A stretch of DNA of 64,000 nt from an uncultured bacterium (GCA_963729625.1 CAVSOU010000011.1:1-64000); one strand, 5' to 3'. Positions 1 to 11,168 are shown, counted from the stretch's first letter. A program made the numbers and translations. Notes: generated by a model from the letters alone, not told the origin.

Positions 1-330
1 TTGAACGTACAGTGGCGCCGGACAGCCGTCAAAGCACCGAGCCGGATTGCCACTACAGGCGTCGCCTGGCCACGGTGGCCAAGGACTAGTAGTTTTCGTC
101 TGTGGCCAGATTATGCTCTGTCACGTAGAGTGCCTACCAGCTTGTCTAACTATGCGCATCGACACGCTGGGGCTCGCGCGACTCGCAGGCCGACTACAGG
201 CGAAACTGTGGCATCGCGAGCGCGAGTGCCGTGGGCGCAAGTGTTCAGTGCCGGCGCGCTTCGGCCCGTCGATCCGTGAACCGGTCGTCTTCTTCCGAGC
301 CCTCGTCATCTGCGTCCAGAAGCCGTGCGG

Positions 331-346
331 TAGAATGAATGCCATG
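331..346 (+). promoter_or_regulatory. sigma70-type -10 box for a probably leaderless mRNA
   Basis: TAGAAT at 331-336 lies 7 nt before the ATG at 344; no Shine-Dalgarno in between. Confidence 0.5.
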
Positions 347-745
347 GTGGAAGATGACGATATCTACTGGAGCAAGGCCGAGGAAAGCCTGGCCGGCGCA
401 GTTAGCGAGTATGCCAATCGCCGTTACAACAACATGGCGAATCGCTGCTACTATGGCTGCTTTCAGGCTGCTATCGTCGCGCTCCGCGCGGCTGGGCTGG
501 TACCCCCTTCGCGGCAAGCGGTGTGGAGTCATGAACAGGCGCAGGCCGTCTTTGCTGGCGAACTGATTGCTCGTCGCAAGGTCTATCCGGCCGAACTGCG
601 GGACGTGCTGTCACGCCTCTACCTATTGCGGGAGGCGGCCGACTACAAAGAGGATCTGGTGAGCGAGTTGCAGGCAAGACGGGCGTTGCAGCGGACCCGG
701 GCGTTTCTGGCAGCGGTTCGGGCCCAAGGGAGGACGATGCAATGA
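344..745 (+). CDS. HEPN domain protein
   Basis: KAEESL...ANRCYYGCFQAAIVAL, SHE and LREAADY (R-x4-Y) match the UPF0332/HEPN pattern; start at 335 or 344. Confidence 0.85.
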   Translation: MVEDDDIYWSKAEESLAGAVSEYANRRYNNMANRCYYGCFQAAIVALRAAGLVPPSRQAVWSHEQAQAVFAGELIARRKVYPAELRDVLSRLYLLREAADYKEDLVSELQARRALQRTRAFLAAVRAQGRTMQ

Positions 746-1086
746 ACGACGCCTACTGGGCAGGGCTAGACGAGCGGTGCAAAGCTGCTGTCCAGGAGTT
801 GAGTGCGCTTGTCAGGCAGCACTATCCGAGCGCAAGCGTTCGCGTCGGACCTGCCGAAGAGGATCCGCATGTGACCCATCTGACCGCGATGGTAGACACG
901 GACGATCCTGACGAGGTGACCGACCTCGTACTCGACCGGATGCTGGCGTTCCAGTGGGACGAGCAGATTCCCGTCTACGTCATCCCGATTCGGACCCCAG
1001 AGCGAGTGGCGACATTGCGCCGGCAGCTGGCGTCATCGCGCTGGGCGTCGCCGGAATTGCCGCTACCGCCTGCGGCGCATGGATGA
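742..1086 (+). CDS. small acidic partner of the HEPN protein, possibly a degenerate minimal nucleotidyltransferase fold
   Basis: ATGA overlap with the HEPN stop, GGAGG SD, 114 aa; no canonical GS-x-A-R-G...DxD motif. Confidence 0.6.
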   Translation: MNDAYWAGLDERCKAAVQELSALVRQHYPSASVRVGPAEEDPHVTHLTAMVDTDDPDEVTDLVLDRMLAFQWDEQIPVYVIPIRTPERVATLRRQLASSRWASPELPLPPAAHG

Positions 1087-1542
1087 ATGCGGCGCGCACC
1101 AGCGGCGACCTGGAGCGACACAACAGGATTGGCGCCGTCCTGCTGGTGGGCGCGTTGGTGCATGCATATGCATGAGGCCGCAAGGCAACGCCGCGTATTG
1201 GCACCGATTCCTGGCGACCAGTGCTGTTTGAAGGAATGCGCACGCGATGGGCGCAGGTATTGTGTGCCACTCGTATTCCACGGCACGCCACTGGCGCTCG
1301 TGCTCGGCCGGTTCGGCCCCTCCATCGGCACTTCATCCTGCAGATGAGCCAGCACCGTGGCGATCGTGGTCGCCGCGGGCACTGGGAGATCCGCGTCGGA
1401 GTGCCGGGCGCGTATTTCCGCCACGAGCGCCAGCAGGTCGTCATCTCCGTGATCGGGGAACGCTGCCTGCGCCTGCATGAAACCACCTCCTTACCGTGCC
1501 TTCACTCTACGCCGAGCACCGTGTACCGCGCCATCGGCGTGA

Positions 1543-2030
1543 TTACCCGCGCGTCAGCGCCGGTTGGAACGCTGCATGCGCACGGTCTCTCACCAGCGCA
1601 AGATCGGGCATGAACGTCGCCGTACGGACGTCCTTGCCCCGGCGGGTTGCAGGCGCCCTGCCGGTGCCCCTGCACGTCCTGCGCAGGCGGATCTGCGCGG
1701 GATCGCTTCCCGGCTGCACCGTGAAGTCGTGCTCGACCTGGCTCTGGTTGCCGTGGAAGACCATGTCCACGCCGAGACACACGTGCTGATAGGCCACGCT
1801 CCCGTAGGTGGGAATGTTGCTGAGCTATGCACTGGGGTCGCTGCCGATGAAGTAGTTGGCCGCGCCGGGCAGCGGCTGCTGCACCGTGAGCGATGCCTGG
1901 TTATCGGCGCCGGCACGCTGCAGGTCCACGACGGCAGCGGTGGCTGTCGCGCTCACCGTGACGTGCGTGGTCGCGGCAGCCGTGGCAGTCGCAGCCGAGG
2001 TGGCGGAGGAGGTGGCAGTGGACACGGCGC
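1543..2030 (-). pseudogene. fragment of the N-terminal domain typical of SBBP/beta-propeller surface proteins, plus a Thr/Ala linker
   Basis: LPGAANYFIGSDP and YQHVCLGVDMVFHGNQSQVEHDFTVQPGSDPAQIRL are split across reading frames. Confidence 0.55.
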
Positions 2031-2674
2031 TGATCCAGGTGACGAACACAGGCATCGTGCCCGAGACCTACTCCATCGACCCGCGGCTGGCTGCCGGCCA
2101 CAGCTACACGCTCCCGGCCATCCGGCCTCCCGCGAGCGGCACCTTCACCCTACCGTTACACACCACACCACGGCTCTACGTGCCGCCGCGCACCACCGGG
2201 CTCGACGTGCTGGCTACCTCACCGGTACCGATCGACATGGTGGCGGGCTGGTACGATCCCGCGCTCCTCGGGCGGACGGGGACCAACGGAGGCAGATACA
2301 CCAGCGAAGTCACCTTCACCGCGCCGGAACTACCGCAGGGCATTTGGGGCGCTTCCCCGAATGAGATCGGACCCTTCATTGGCCCCGCACCCTCCAGCAC
2401 GGTGAGCGTTGCGTACACCTTTACCACTGAGGCGCTCGATCCGGCGGTCAGCGCCGGCACGGGCAATGTGTGGGCGTCCCTGATGGGCGGATCGAACGCC
2501 TACACGCCGCTGACCCTGGGGCCGGGGCAGACCGGCACGATCGCAGTCATCTTCACCCCCAGCAGCACCAGCGGCACGCGGGTCAACGGCAATCTCTACC
2601 TTGAGACCTATGACGCCAACGCCGTATTCAGTGATGAGGTCGCCGCCGTCCCCTACTCGTACACTATCCGCTAA
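2030..2674 (+). pseudogene. C-terminal beta-rich fragment of a secreted protein, resembling the tails of large S8 proteases
   Basis: IQVTNTG...DPRL...LTLGPGQTGTIAVIFTP...GNLYL; no signal peptide, catalytic domain or convincing start. Confidence 0.45.
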
Positions 2675-2697
2675 CCGGCACAGCCGTGCTTGATCTT

Positions 2698-2741
2698 GGC
2701 CTCACCCCGACCTTCGCTACGGCGCCACTCGGGGTGAGGCC
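2698..2741. terminator. 13-bp-stem inverted repeat between convergent genes (terminator or REP-like)
   Basis: GGCCTCACCCCGA ... TCGGGGTGAGGCC. Confidence 0.5.
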
Positions 2742-2900
2742 GAACAGGCCGGCAAGGCGCGGTCTATGGCGGAAGGGCGGCCCGAGCAGCGGTTCCGTGG
2801 CCTGAGAGCCGCTTGTCCACGCGTAGCGCGAGCCGCCTATCGACAAAGAGCAGTCCAGAAAACTCTGCTGCCACGGGTCTGTGCCGGCGATGCCGGCCAC

Positions 2901-3530
2901 TTAGCTGAGCAGGCGTCGCACCTCGGTTGCCACCGCATGACCCAGCGCTGCGTGTTGGTCCGCCTCGAAGTGTATGCCGTCGAGCGGGCTCGATTGAATC
3001 AGCTGGGCCGTGTCCAGGCACGCGCATCCCTTCCACTTGGCAACAAGCCGGTAATACTGCCCCAGCTCTCGCGACTTCTCAATCGCTCCCTCAAACACGC
3101 CGGAAAAATCGGTCAGCTTGATTACGGCTGGTGGGGCAAGCAGCAGCACGCGGGGCGCGCTTCCGTTCGGCCCCATTCCGCTGTGAAGCGCTACCTCCGC
3201 CAACAGGCCGGCCGCCTCGGCGATGTCCGACGGGCGCAGGCCAAAGCGCGCCTTGAGGTCGTTGGTACCCAGCATGATCGCCACGAGGTCCACCGGATGG
3301 TGCGAGTCCAGGCACGGCACGAGGTAGTCCTTGCCGTTGCGGTACTCGGTGACAGGGTCGTCCCAGACGGTGGTGCGACCGTTGAGCCCCTCTTCAATCA
3401 CCACATAGCCGTCGCCGAGCGCCCGGCGAAGAACGCCGGCCCATCGGACGTCTGCAGGAAATCGCTCGCCGGTCGCCGGATTGTACCCCCACGTATTGGA
3501 GTCGCCGTAACACACGATCGTTCTGGTCAT
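2901..3530 (-). CDS. SGNH/GDSL hydrolase (arylesterase-like)
   Basis: YGDSNTWG, EEGLNGRT, MLGTND and DGIH blocks; GGAGG SD. Confidence 0.93.
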   Translation of the reverse strand: MTRTIVCYGDSNTWGYNPATGERFPADVRWAGVLRRALGDGYVVIEEGLNGRTTVWDDPVTEYRNGKDYLVPCLDSHHPVDLVAIMLGTNDLKARFGLRPSDIAEAAGLLAEVALHSGMGPNGSAPRVLLLAPPAVIKLTDFSGVFEGAIEKSRELGQYYRLVAKWKGCACLDTAQLIQSSPLDGIHFEADQHAALGHAVATEVRRLLS

Positions 3531-3828
3531 CGTTCTCCCTCCAGGTGCCGAGGTATGCGTCATAGGGGAGACGCCGGCGCCCCGCCGCGTGACTACCCTT
3601 TGCAGGCTGAAGATATGCCAGATCGTGTCGATGGGGCAAGTCGCGGTCGTGGTGGGCACCATCCTCGCGATCTTCGCGTTCGCGGTGGAAGATCGGCTCG
3701 GACGGGCGTGGGGTTCGCCGCGATCCCGGTACTCCGGCGCTCCTGGTGCAGGTGTGACGCCGTCGGCTCTCCCAGCGGTGGGAGTGGCAGGCGCCGGCCA
3801 GCCTGGCTTGTCTTCTCGTGGCCGGGAT

Positions 3829-4230
3829 CTACGTGTCGCCAATCATGGTCGCATGGGCGCGGAGCCAGGCGTCTAGGTCGGCAACCGCTCGATCGACAGT
3901 TCCAGCTGTGAGCGCGGCCAGCATAGCCTGCGCGGCTTCGAGCGGCTCGGCCGCAATGCGGGTGCCGTTGGCACGTAAGAACAGGTAGCCCGCCGCAAGA
4001 GCCGTACGCTTGTTGCCGTCGACAAAGGGTTGGTTGTGGACCATACCGGCGATCAGCGTGGCCGCTTGTCGCACCAGGTCTGATCCTTCGTAATACGCGG
4101 TCGTTTGCGGTCGTGCCACGGCACTCTCGAGAAGTCCCTCATCGCGCAGCCCGGCTGCACCACCATAGCGGGCAAGGAGATCGTCATGGAGCGCAACAAC
4201 GTCGGCCATGCTCAGGTGGGCGATACTCAC
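3829..4230 (-). CDS. doc: Fic/Doc death-on-curing family toxin
   Basis: GLRDEGLLESAVARP and NQPFVDGNKRTA; overlaps the upstream antitoxin. Confidence 0.9.
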   Translation of the reverse strand: MSIAHLSMADVVALHDDLLARYGGAAGLRDEGLLESAVARPQTTAYYEGSDLVRQAATLIAGMVHNQPFVDGNKRTALAAGYLFLRANGTRIAAEPLEAAQAMLAALTAGTVDRAVADLDAWLRAHATMIGDT

Positions 4231-4454
4231 CGATCGGCAAGGTAGCGAAGATCGGCGTCCAGTTCCTCGCGAATGGCGGCAAAGTCCGCTTGGAACACGG
4301 GCGAGAGGATGGGGCGGACCCGCGTTTCCAACTCCACACGGCGCACTTCGACGCTCACGTAGTCGCCTACAGTGATGTGCTGGCGTTCCATCTCTTCGCG
4401 CGGGATAGTGACACTATAGCTGTTGCCGATCTTACGCACTTTCTGGGTGATCAC
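4227..4454 (-). CDS. AbrB/MazE-type antitoxin
   Basis: KVRKIGNSYSVTIPRE swapped-hairpin motif; 4-nt overlap with doc. Confidence 0.88.
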   Translation of the reverse strand: MITQKVRKIGNSYSVTIPREEMERQHITVGDYVSVEVRRVELETRVRPILSPVFQADFAAIREELDADLRYLADR

Positions 4455-4467
4455 GGTGTATACCTCC

Positions 4468-4482
4468 TATACACAGTATACA
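4468..4482 (-). promoter_or_regulatory. -10 box with overlapping palindromic operator of the TA operon
   Basis: minus strand TATACT lies within the palindrome TATAC-TGT-GTATA, directly upstream of an AGGAGG SD. Confidence 0.6.
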
Positions 4483-4659
4483 TGAAACCTGGCGCTCCGG
4501 TCACGGATCGCCCGATCGTGATCGGGCGCGTGGCTTGCAGCGGCTCGACACCGGGGCATATGCTCAAGCATGGCATGCCGGCCGGCCATGCGCTGCCGCG
4601 TGCGGCGATGAAGCCGGCGTGTTTGTCGTCGATTGGCCGGAGAGTCCTGGGAGAACAGC

Positions 4660-5298
4660 ATGATACCGTTGAGCCCGGATGAGCTGTTGTCGACCACGCG
4701 CGCCGTACGCAAGCGTCTTGATCTGACGCGGCCCGTGCCGCGGGCGGTGCTTGAAGAATGCCTGGCCCTCGCCCAACAGGCGCCGTCCGGATCCAATAGT
4801 CAGCGCTGGCACTTTGTGCTGGTGACCGACCCGGCCAAGAAGGGCGCGCTCGCGGAGATCTACCGGGTTGGCTTCCGGCAGTATGTCGCCGAGTCGCTGC
4901 CGCCCACCGGCGTTGAGCCGTCCCGACTCGCCGCCTGGCACCGGCTGCGGGACTCGGCCCAGTATCTTGCGGACCACCTGCACGAGGTGCCGGTGCTGGT
5001 GTTGCCGTGCATCACAGGGCGTACTGACGGCCAGTCGGCCGAGGCTCAGGCGGGGACGTGGGGGTCGATTCTTCCGGCCGTGTGGAGCTTCATGCTGGCC
5101 GCCCGGGCACGTGGTCTTGGCACCGCTTGGACGACCCTGCATCTGCAGGGGGAGCGGTCGGCGGCCGAGGTGCTCGGCATCCCCTACCCCGACGTGATGC
5201 AGGTGGCACTGATCCCGGTCGCCTACGCCGTCGGGGCAGCATTCAAACCGGGCCCGCGTTGGCCGCTCGACACTCTGCTGCATTGGGATCGCTGGTAG
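4660..5298 (+). CDS. nitroreductase family protein
   Basis: LLSTTRAVRKRLD, QAPSGSNSQRWHF, LAARARGLGTAWT. Confidence 0.92.
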   Translation: MIPLSPDELLSTTRAVRKRLDLTRPVPRAVLEECLALAQQAPSGSNSQRWHFVLVTDPAKKGALAEIYRVGFRQYVAESLPPTGVEPSRLAAWHRLRDSAQYLADHLHEVPVLVLPCITGRTDGQSAEAQAGTWGSILPAVWSFMLAARARGLGTAWTTLHLQGERSAAEVLGIPYPDVMQVALIPVAYAVGAAFKPGPRWPLDTLLHWDRW

Positions 5299-5470
5299 TG
5301 GGTCAAGTGCGTTGCTCACAGCCATTGCCGCTTCGTGTGAGACTCCGGCCTTCAGGCCGCGGGTACCCATAAGAGTGGGTGTCCTCACGTACTGAGCTAA
5401 CTGTGGCCTTCAGGCCGCCCAGACTCTCGCGCTCCGGGAAAGGCCATGAACGTGACAAGTGACCCAGTAG
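5299..5470. repeat. MITE/REP-like element, copy 1
   Basis: imperfect terminal inverted repeats TGGGTCA.../...TGACCCA and two internal GGCCTTCAGGCC; left end recurs at 50070. Confidence 0.6.
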
Positions 5471-5993
5471 TGGTGGAGCGTTCAGTCGCAATTGCCAGTT
5501 TCAGGCTGTGCCCCTCAGCTAGGTGAATATAGCCTCCATCTGCGGAAGGATGGCAGCGACGGGCCGACTGCGGTCGGGCGAGCGCGGCGGTTTTCATGCG
5601 CGGTGGTGGTCCGCGGACGATGGAAAACTAGGTGGAGTGCTAGGCCAGGCAGGATAACGCAGCGGCGAGTGGCCGGTTGTCCCAGGGGACCACGATGCCG
5701 CACTCCCCGTCCGAAGACCTGCCCGCGAGGGGTGCCAACGCCCAGGCCCGCCTTGCCGCCATCCGCGCCGACCAGGCGGGAATAGTGTCCGAGTTGGCGC
5801 AGGTTTCGCCGTACTACCATGCCTTCAGCGTGGTCAACGCCGTCTCTGGACATGCTATCCGCCGCATGATCATGCACTGGCATCGGGCCCCGGTGCAGGT
5901 CAACGCGATGGGCGCATGTGTCACACACACCATTCACGGCTGCGCAGAGTCTACGTGGGGCTCTGCACGCCCTGCACGCAATCGTGCGAGACT

Positions 5994-6599
5994 TTAGTAC
6001 CGCACCAGGACTTCCTCGGCGTGGACGCCGGCGGGAGAGGGGCCGAGGTCCAGCATGCCGTCACGGTAGTAGCCCTGTTGCGTCGGGATCGGCCACATCT
6101 CCGGATACGCGATGCCCCCCGCCGCCATCGGGTTGTGCACCGCGCGCACCATGCTCGGACCATAGAACGTCACCCACTCGTCGTAGACGTAGAAGTACCA
6201 CGAGGCCGGGCTGAAGTAGCCTTTGCCGTGCCCGGTCATGTAGCAGAGGCCGGTGAAGGCGGTGCTTCGCCAGAGCTGGGCATCGCATAGCGGACTGAGG
6301 TCGCTGCCGCTGCCTGCGAGCGTCGCCTCATACTGGAACGTGGCGCTGCCGGCAGCATCGCTCACGATATCCATGGTGATCGCGAGGGTGACGGCGCCGG
6401 GCGCATGGTCGGCCCGCCCGCAGACCAGACCGGGACCGTGGCCGGGCTCGCAGTGCCAGACGAGCTGGGCTACCCAGTGCCCGGCCAGCGATGGGCTGCC
6501 GATCGCCGCGCCTGCCTGCCGCGGCATCGCGGCGCACAGCATGGCCAGCGACAGGAATGCCGCGCACGTCGCGCGGAGCAAGATGTGTATCGCCTGCAT
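5994..6599 (-). CDS. secreted hypothetical protein
   Basis: GAGGAGG SD, signal peptide (FLSLAMLCAAMPRQAGA), four Cys in the mature part. Confidence 0.7.
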   Translation of the reverse strand: MQAIHILLRATCAAFLSLAMLCAAMPRQAGAAIGSPSLAGHWVAQLVWHCEPGHGPGLVCGRADHAPGAVTLAITMDIVSDAAGSATFQYEATLAGSGSDLSPLCDAQLWRSTAFTGLCYMTGHGKGYFSPASWYFYVYDEWVTFYGPSMVRAVHNPMAAGGIAYPEMWPIPTQQGYYRDGMLDLGPSPAGVHAEEVLVRY

Positions 6600-6909
6600 G
6601 TCTCTCCTCCTCGTATGCTGCAACAGCACGATGTGCTCCCTCGGCGAGGACGAAGGGCGCCGGTCGCCATCGCGCTCGTTGCCACCGGGCCCTCCCCTCT
6701 ATCCGCCCTTCACTCTGCGCCCACAGGCGCTGCGGAAACAGGCGCAGAGCCCGGCGAAACCCACATGATCGGGCACATGAGTGGCCCGGGTGCACACACC
6801 TCCAGGCGGAAAACGCACACGCCGCCGGTCCGAGCGCGCCTCCATGCTGTGCTATACTGGCAGCAGCCATGACCGCGGCATCGCTTGCCGCGCGTTGGGG
6901 GTTCCGGGC

Positions 6910-9902
6910 ATGGTGGAGAGCACAGCCAGCCCATTTGGCGACCTGCTCAAGCGGCATCGCTTGCGCGCCGGGCTCACGCAGGAGGCGCTGGCCGGGCGCG
7001 CCCGGCTGAGCGTGCGGGCGATCAGCGACCTGGAGCGCGGGGTCAACCGCGCACCCCATGCGGACACGCTCGGCCTGCTGGTCGGCGCGCTCAGCCTGCC
7101 GCCGGGCGAGCGCGCCCGGTTCGAGGCGCTCGGACGAGGGCGCCTCGAGGGCACACCGGCCGGCCCCCGCCCGCCGGCACGGCCGGGCCGGCCCCGCCAG
7201 CTGCAAGGCTACGCGCCGCCCGCCATACCGGGTTGGATGTGGGACACCGCGTTGCCCTTGGTTGGGCGCGAGCGGGAGGTGGCCGTGCTGAAGGCGCACC
7301 TGGCCGGCGAGGGACCGCCGTTGCTCGTTCTCGCCGGGGAGCCGGGCATCGGCAAGACCCGCCTGCTGCAGGAGGCGGCGTCCCGGGCCATCCCGCGGAG
7401 TTGGGCGGTGCTGGCGGGCGGCTGCGGCCGCGGAGCCGGCGAGCCCTTTGCCCCGCTGCTGCAGGCCCTGGAGCGGCATGTGGCCAGCCGGTCGGTGGCA
7501 GCCCTACGCGCGGAGCTGGCGGGCTGCGCCTGGCTGGTCCGCCTGCTCCCCGACCTGCCGCCTGAGGCGCTCGAGCCGCTGCCGCACTGGGTGCTGCCGC
7601 CGGAGCAGGAGCGCCACCTGCTCTTCAAGGCCGTGGGCCGCATCCTGGCCAACCTGGCAGGAGCGGCCGGCACGCTGCTGCTGCTGGACGATCTGCAGTG
7701 GGCAGGCGCCGATGCCTGCGACCTGCTCGCCAGTCTGCTCCGCCAGCCGCCGGACATGCCGCTGCGCGTGGTGGGCGCCTACCGCGATACGGAGGTCGGG
7801 CCGGAGCACCCGCTCGCACTGGCTCTCGCCGAGCTGGGCGACGCGCAGCTGGTCAGCCAGCGGACGCTCAAGCCGCTTGCCCCGCCCGAGGCCCAGGCGC
7901 TGTTCCTGCGCGCCCTGAGCGAGCCGGGACAGGACGGCGCGGCGCTGGCCGCGCAGGTTGCGTCGCGCGCCGGCGGCGTGCCCTTCTACGTGGTGAGCTA
8001 TGCGCGGAGCGTGCGGGGCCGGCAGTCCGAGGAACGGGCCACGCCGGGCGTGCCCTGGGACCTGCGCCAGAGCATCCGGCGCCGTGTGCAGGTACTGCCC
8101 GAGGCGGCGCGGACGCTGCTGGGCACGGCGGCGGTGATGGGCCGTGTGGTCCCTCGTGCGCTGCTCCTGGAGGCGGTGGCACTGCCCGAGGGCGAGGTGC
8201 TCGATGCCCTGGAGCAGGCCTGCCGGGCCGGGCTCCTGGAGGAGACTGGCGACGACGCGTACGCCTTCGTGCACGACCTGATCCGCGAAGTGGTGGAAGC
8301 GGACCTGGGTCTGGCGCGGCGACGCCTGCTGCACCGGCAGGTGGCCCAAGCCCTAGAACGTGGGTCCGGCAGGCCGCCGCTGGAGGCGCTGGCCTTCCAC
8401 TTCCGCGAGGCCGGAGACGCGGCCCGGGCTGCGATCTACCTGGAGCAGGCCGGCGATAGCGCGTCGGCGCAGTTCGCCCACGCGGCGGCAGCGGCGCACT
8501 ACCGGCATCTGGTCGCGTGTCTGGAGGGACTGGGGGTGCCGAGGCCGACCTCCTGCGTGCCCGTGAGAAGCTGGGCCGTGTCCTGGCATTTCGCCTGGAG
8601 CAGTTCGACGCCGCGCTGGCAGTGCTCGACCAGGCAGCGGGCATGCTCCGCCGGGCGGGCGACCTGACGGGCATGGCCAGGGTGGAGACGCTGATCGCAA
8701 GGATCTACGCGAGCAGGGGGCCCTTTGCGGCCGGGATAGCGCGCCTGCGGCCGATCCTGGCCGAACTGGAGTCCCGCGGCCCCTCCGGCGAGCTGGCCGC
8801 AGCGTACTCGAAGCTGGCCGATCTGTATGTCAACGATGCCCAGATGGACAGCGCGTTGGACCATGTGACCCGCGGCGAGGAGATCGCCCGTGCCTTGGGC
8901 GACCGCGCCCTGCTGGTCTCCGCACTCGCAAGCCGGGCCTACGTCTGCATCCTGGCCAGCCGTGCCGACGAGGCGCTCCGGGCGGCCCAGGAAGCGGCAG
9001 GATTGGCGAGACCCGAGGACGGTTGGGGGCCCTACCACGGCCTGGCCTGGATCCATGAAGAGCGAGGGGAGTACGAGCTGGGCAGGCAGGCCGCCGAGCG
9101 CCTGCTCGCATGCGCGGAGCGGGCACACGATCAGGGTGGCATCGTCAATGCCAGGAGCCGGCTGGGGCTGGACGCCTTCCTGAGCGGCGACTGGGCCGCC
9201 GGCCGCGCCTATCTGGAGCGCGGCGTGGCCCTCGCGGACGAGGCGGGCTTCACCGACGGCTTTGACTACACCCGCCCTCGCGTGGATCTGGGGCGACTCC
9301 TGCATGCCGCGGGCGCCTGGGACGAGGCGGCGCAGTGCTTTGAACAGGTACTGGCTGTCTCTGGAGGAACGGGCGAGCGCCTGCACGCGCTCATCGCTCG
9401 CGCCCTCCTCGCCGAGCGCGACGTGCTTACCGGCCATCCCGAGGCAGCCTGCGCGCAACTCCTCACGCTCCTCGACCGGCCGGGTCAGGAGGAGCGCATC
9501 GTGACCCAGTATGTGCTGCCTGTGCTGGCCTGGGCGCAGCTCGAAGCGGGCCAGATCCATCAGGCTGCCGTGACCGTGGGCGAGGCGCTCGAGCGGGCGC
9601 GGCGCGGCACCTGCCGGCTGGCCTGGGCACAGTTGCTGCGCGTGCGGGCCCTCGTGCTGCTGAGGCAAGAGCGCTGGGACGAGGCGGAGCAGGCACTGGA
9701 GGAGGGCCTGGCGCTGACGCGGAGCATGCCCTACCCGCACGGCGAGGGCCGGCTGCTGGAGGTCTACGGCCGCCTGCACCTGGCTCGCGGCGACGCTGCG
9801 GCCGCCCGAGCCTGCCTGGAGGACGCGCTGGCCATCTTCCGGCGACTGGGTGCGCGTGCGGATATTGCAAGTGCCGAGCAGCTGCTGGCCACGCTCGGCT
9901 GA
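6910..9902 (+). CDS. XRE HTH - AAA ATPase - TPR transcriptional regulator (frameshift near 8535)
   Basis: GLTQEALAGRARLSVRAISDLERG, Walker A GEPGIGKT, Walker B LLLDDLQW, TPR-like C-terminus; the two ORFs join at a G-run; TG-TATACT box at 6850-6858. Confidence 0.88.
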
Positions 9903-10163
9903 CGAGTAGCAAGACCGGCTTCTGTGTCCACGCGTTATGGCAGGCCTTGATTGCCGCGTGCCGGCGTTTGAGATATCGGCCCAGGGATCGAATTGGGGCA
10001 GACATCTGTAGGCCATACCGGCGGGTTCTGGGCGAGCAGCGTATGCATGACAACAACCCAGCACGTTCGTGGTCGGAGTAGCGCGGTCGCTGGCGCTGAG
10101 AACCGGGATGGCAGCCGAGCGCCCGGCCAAAACTGCTACGATTGGGAGCAGGATGGAGCGCGA

Positions 10164-11168
10164 ATGACTGAGCCTCGAGGCTTCGGGTGGCCTGATGTGG
10201 GCCTGCTGTGTGCGGCCGTGCTCTGGGGGCTCAACTACACCGCCGTCAAGGTCGCATTGGGTGATCTGCCCCCACTGGTACTCGGCTCCATGCGCTTCTC
10301 AATCGCCACCGCGCTGCTGTTCGGGTTGCTCGCCTCCGTGGAGCGTGGGGTTCGAGTGGCCCGTGCGGACCTCGGGCGATTGATGCTGATGGGCGCGCTA
10401 TCCATCGGCATAAACCAGGTACTGTTCCTTGACGGGCTGCGCCGAACCAGCGCGTCAATCGGCGCTATCATGTTTGCCTGTGCGTCGGCCTTTACCATTC
10501 TGCTGGCCGTCCGCCTCCTGGGCGAACGCGCGAGCCAGCGCCTCTGGGCAGGCATCGTGCTCGCGAGCGCGGGCATCGCGCTCATCGTCGGCCTCGGTGC
10601 GCCCGGCGGCGCTGGGGCAACGTTAGGAGAAGTGGAGGTCTTCTTCAGCGCACTGGCCGTGGGTCTGTCGTCTCTGCTTGCCAAGCGCGTGCTGCAGCGC
10701 TACTCCGCGCTGCGCGTGACTTCCTGGTCGGCCTTCTGGGGCTTGTGCTGCCTGTCTCCGTTCGCCGCGCGAGAATTTCCCACCGTGCACTGGACGGCCG
10801 TGCATCCGCACACGTGGGCCGCGCTCGCATTCACGGCCGTCGGCGCTTCCGTTGTCACGCTCATGCTCTGGTACGCGGGTATTGCCCGGGTCGGCGTGAC
10901 ACGCGCGACCGTCTACGGGTATCTGCAGCCAATCCTCGGAGTTGCCTTTGCCGCGCTCTTGCTGGGCGACCAGCTCAGCGCGCGCCAATGGGCTGGCGGC
11001 GCCGTGGCACTGGCGGGTACGTGGCTCGCCAGCTCTGCTACCCTGGCCCGTGTAAGCCGCGCGTCCGCACCCGAAGCGGAGCGCAGCCCAGCGCCTGCAC
11101 TTCAGCATCCAGCACTGCCCAGGCACCCCGTGGGCGTGATCACGACATCGGTGGACGGCGACCGGTAG
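10164..11168 (+). CDS. EamA/DMT family transporter
   Basis: LWGLNY..VK, about 10 TM helices, YLQPILG. Confidence 0.9.
   Translation: MTEPRGFGWPDVGLLCAAVLWGLNYTAVKVALGDLPPLVLGSMRFSIATALLFGLLASVERGVRVARADLGRLMLMGALSIGINQVLFLDGLRRTSASIGAIMFACASAFTILLAVRLLGERASQRLWAGIVLASAGIALIVGLGAPGGAGATLGEVEVFFSALAVGLSSLLAKRVLQRYSALRVTSWSAFWGLCCLSPFAAREFPTVHWTAVHPHTWAALAFTAVGASVVTLMLWYAGIARVGVTRATVYGYLQPILGVAFAALLLGDQLSARQWAGGAVALAGTWLASSATLARVSRASAPEAERSPAPALQHPALPRHPVGVITTSVDGDR

Noticed and set aside
975-1478. minus-strand ORF with AAGGAGG SD
   Set aside because: The first 55 or so codons may be a real small gene remnant, but the rest overlaps 742-1086 and cannot be assigned
5677-5997. small plus-strand ORF
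   Set aside because: No recognisable motif and weak start signals
8525-8545. programmed frameshift or phase variation in the XRE-ATPase gene
   Set aside because: Only a G5 run, and similar breaks occur throughout the window
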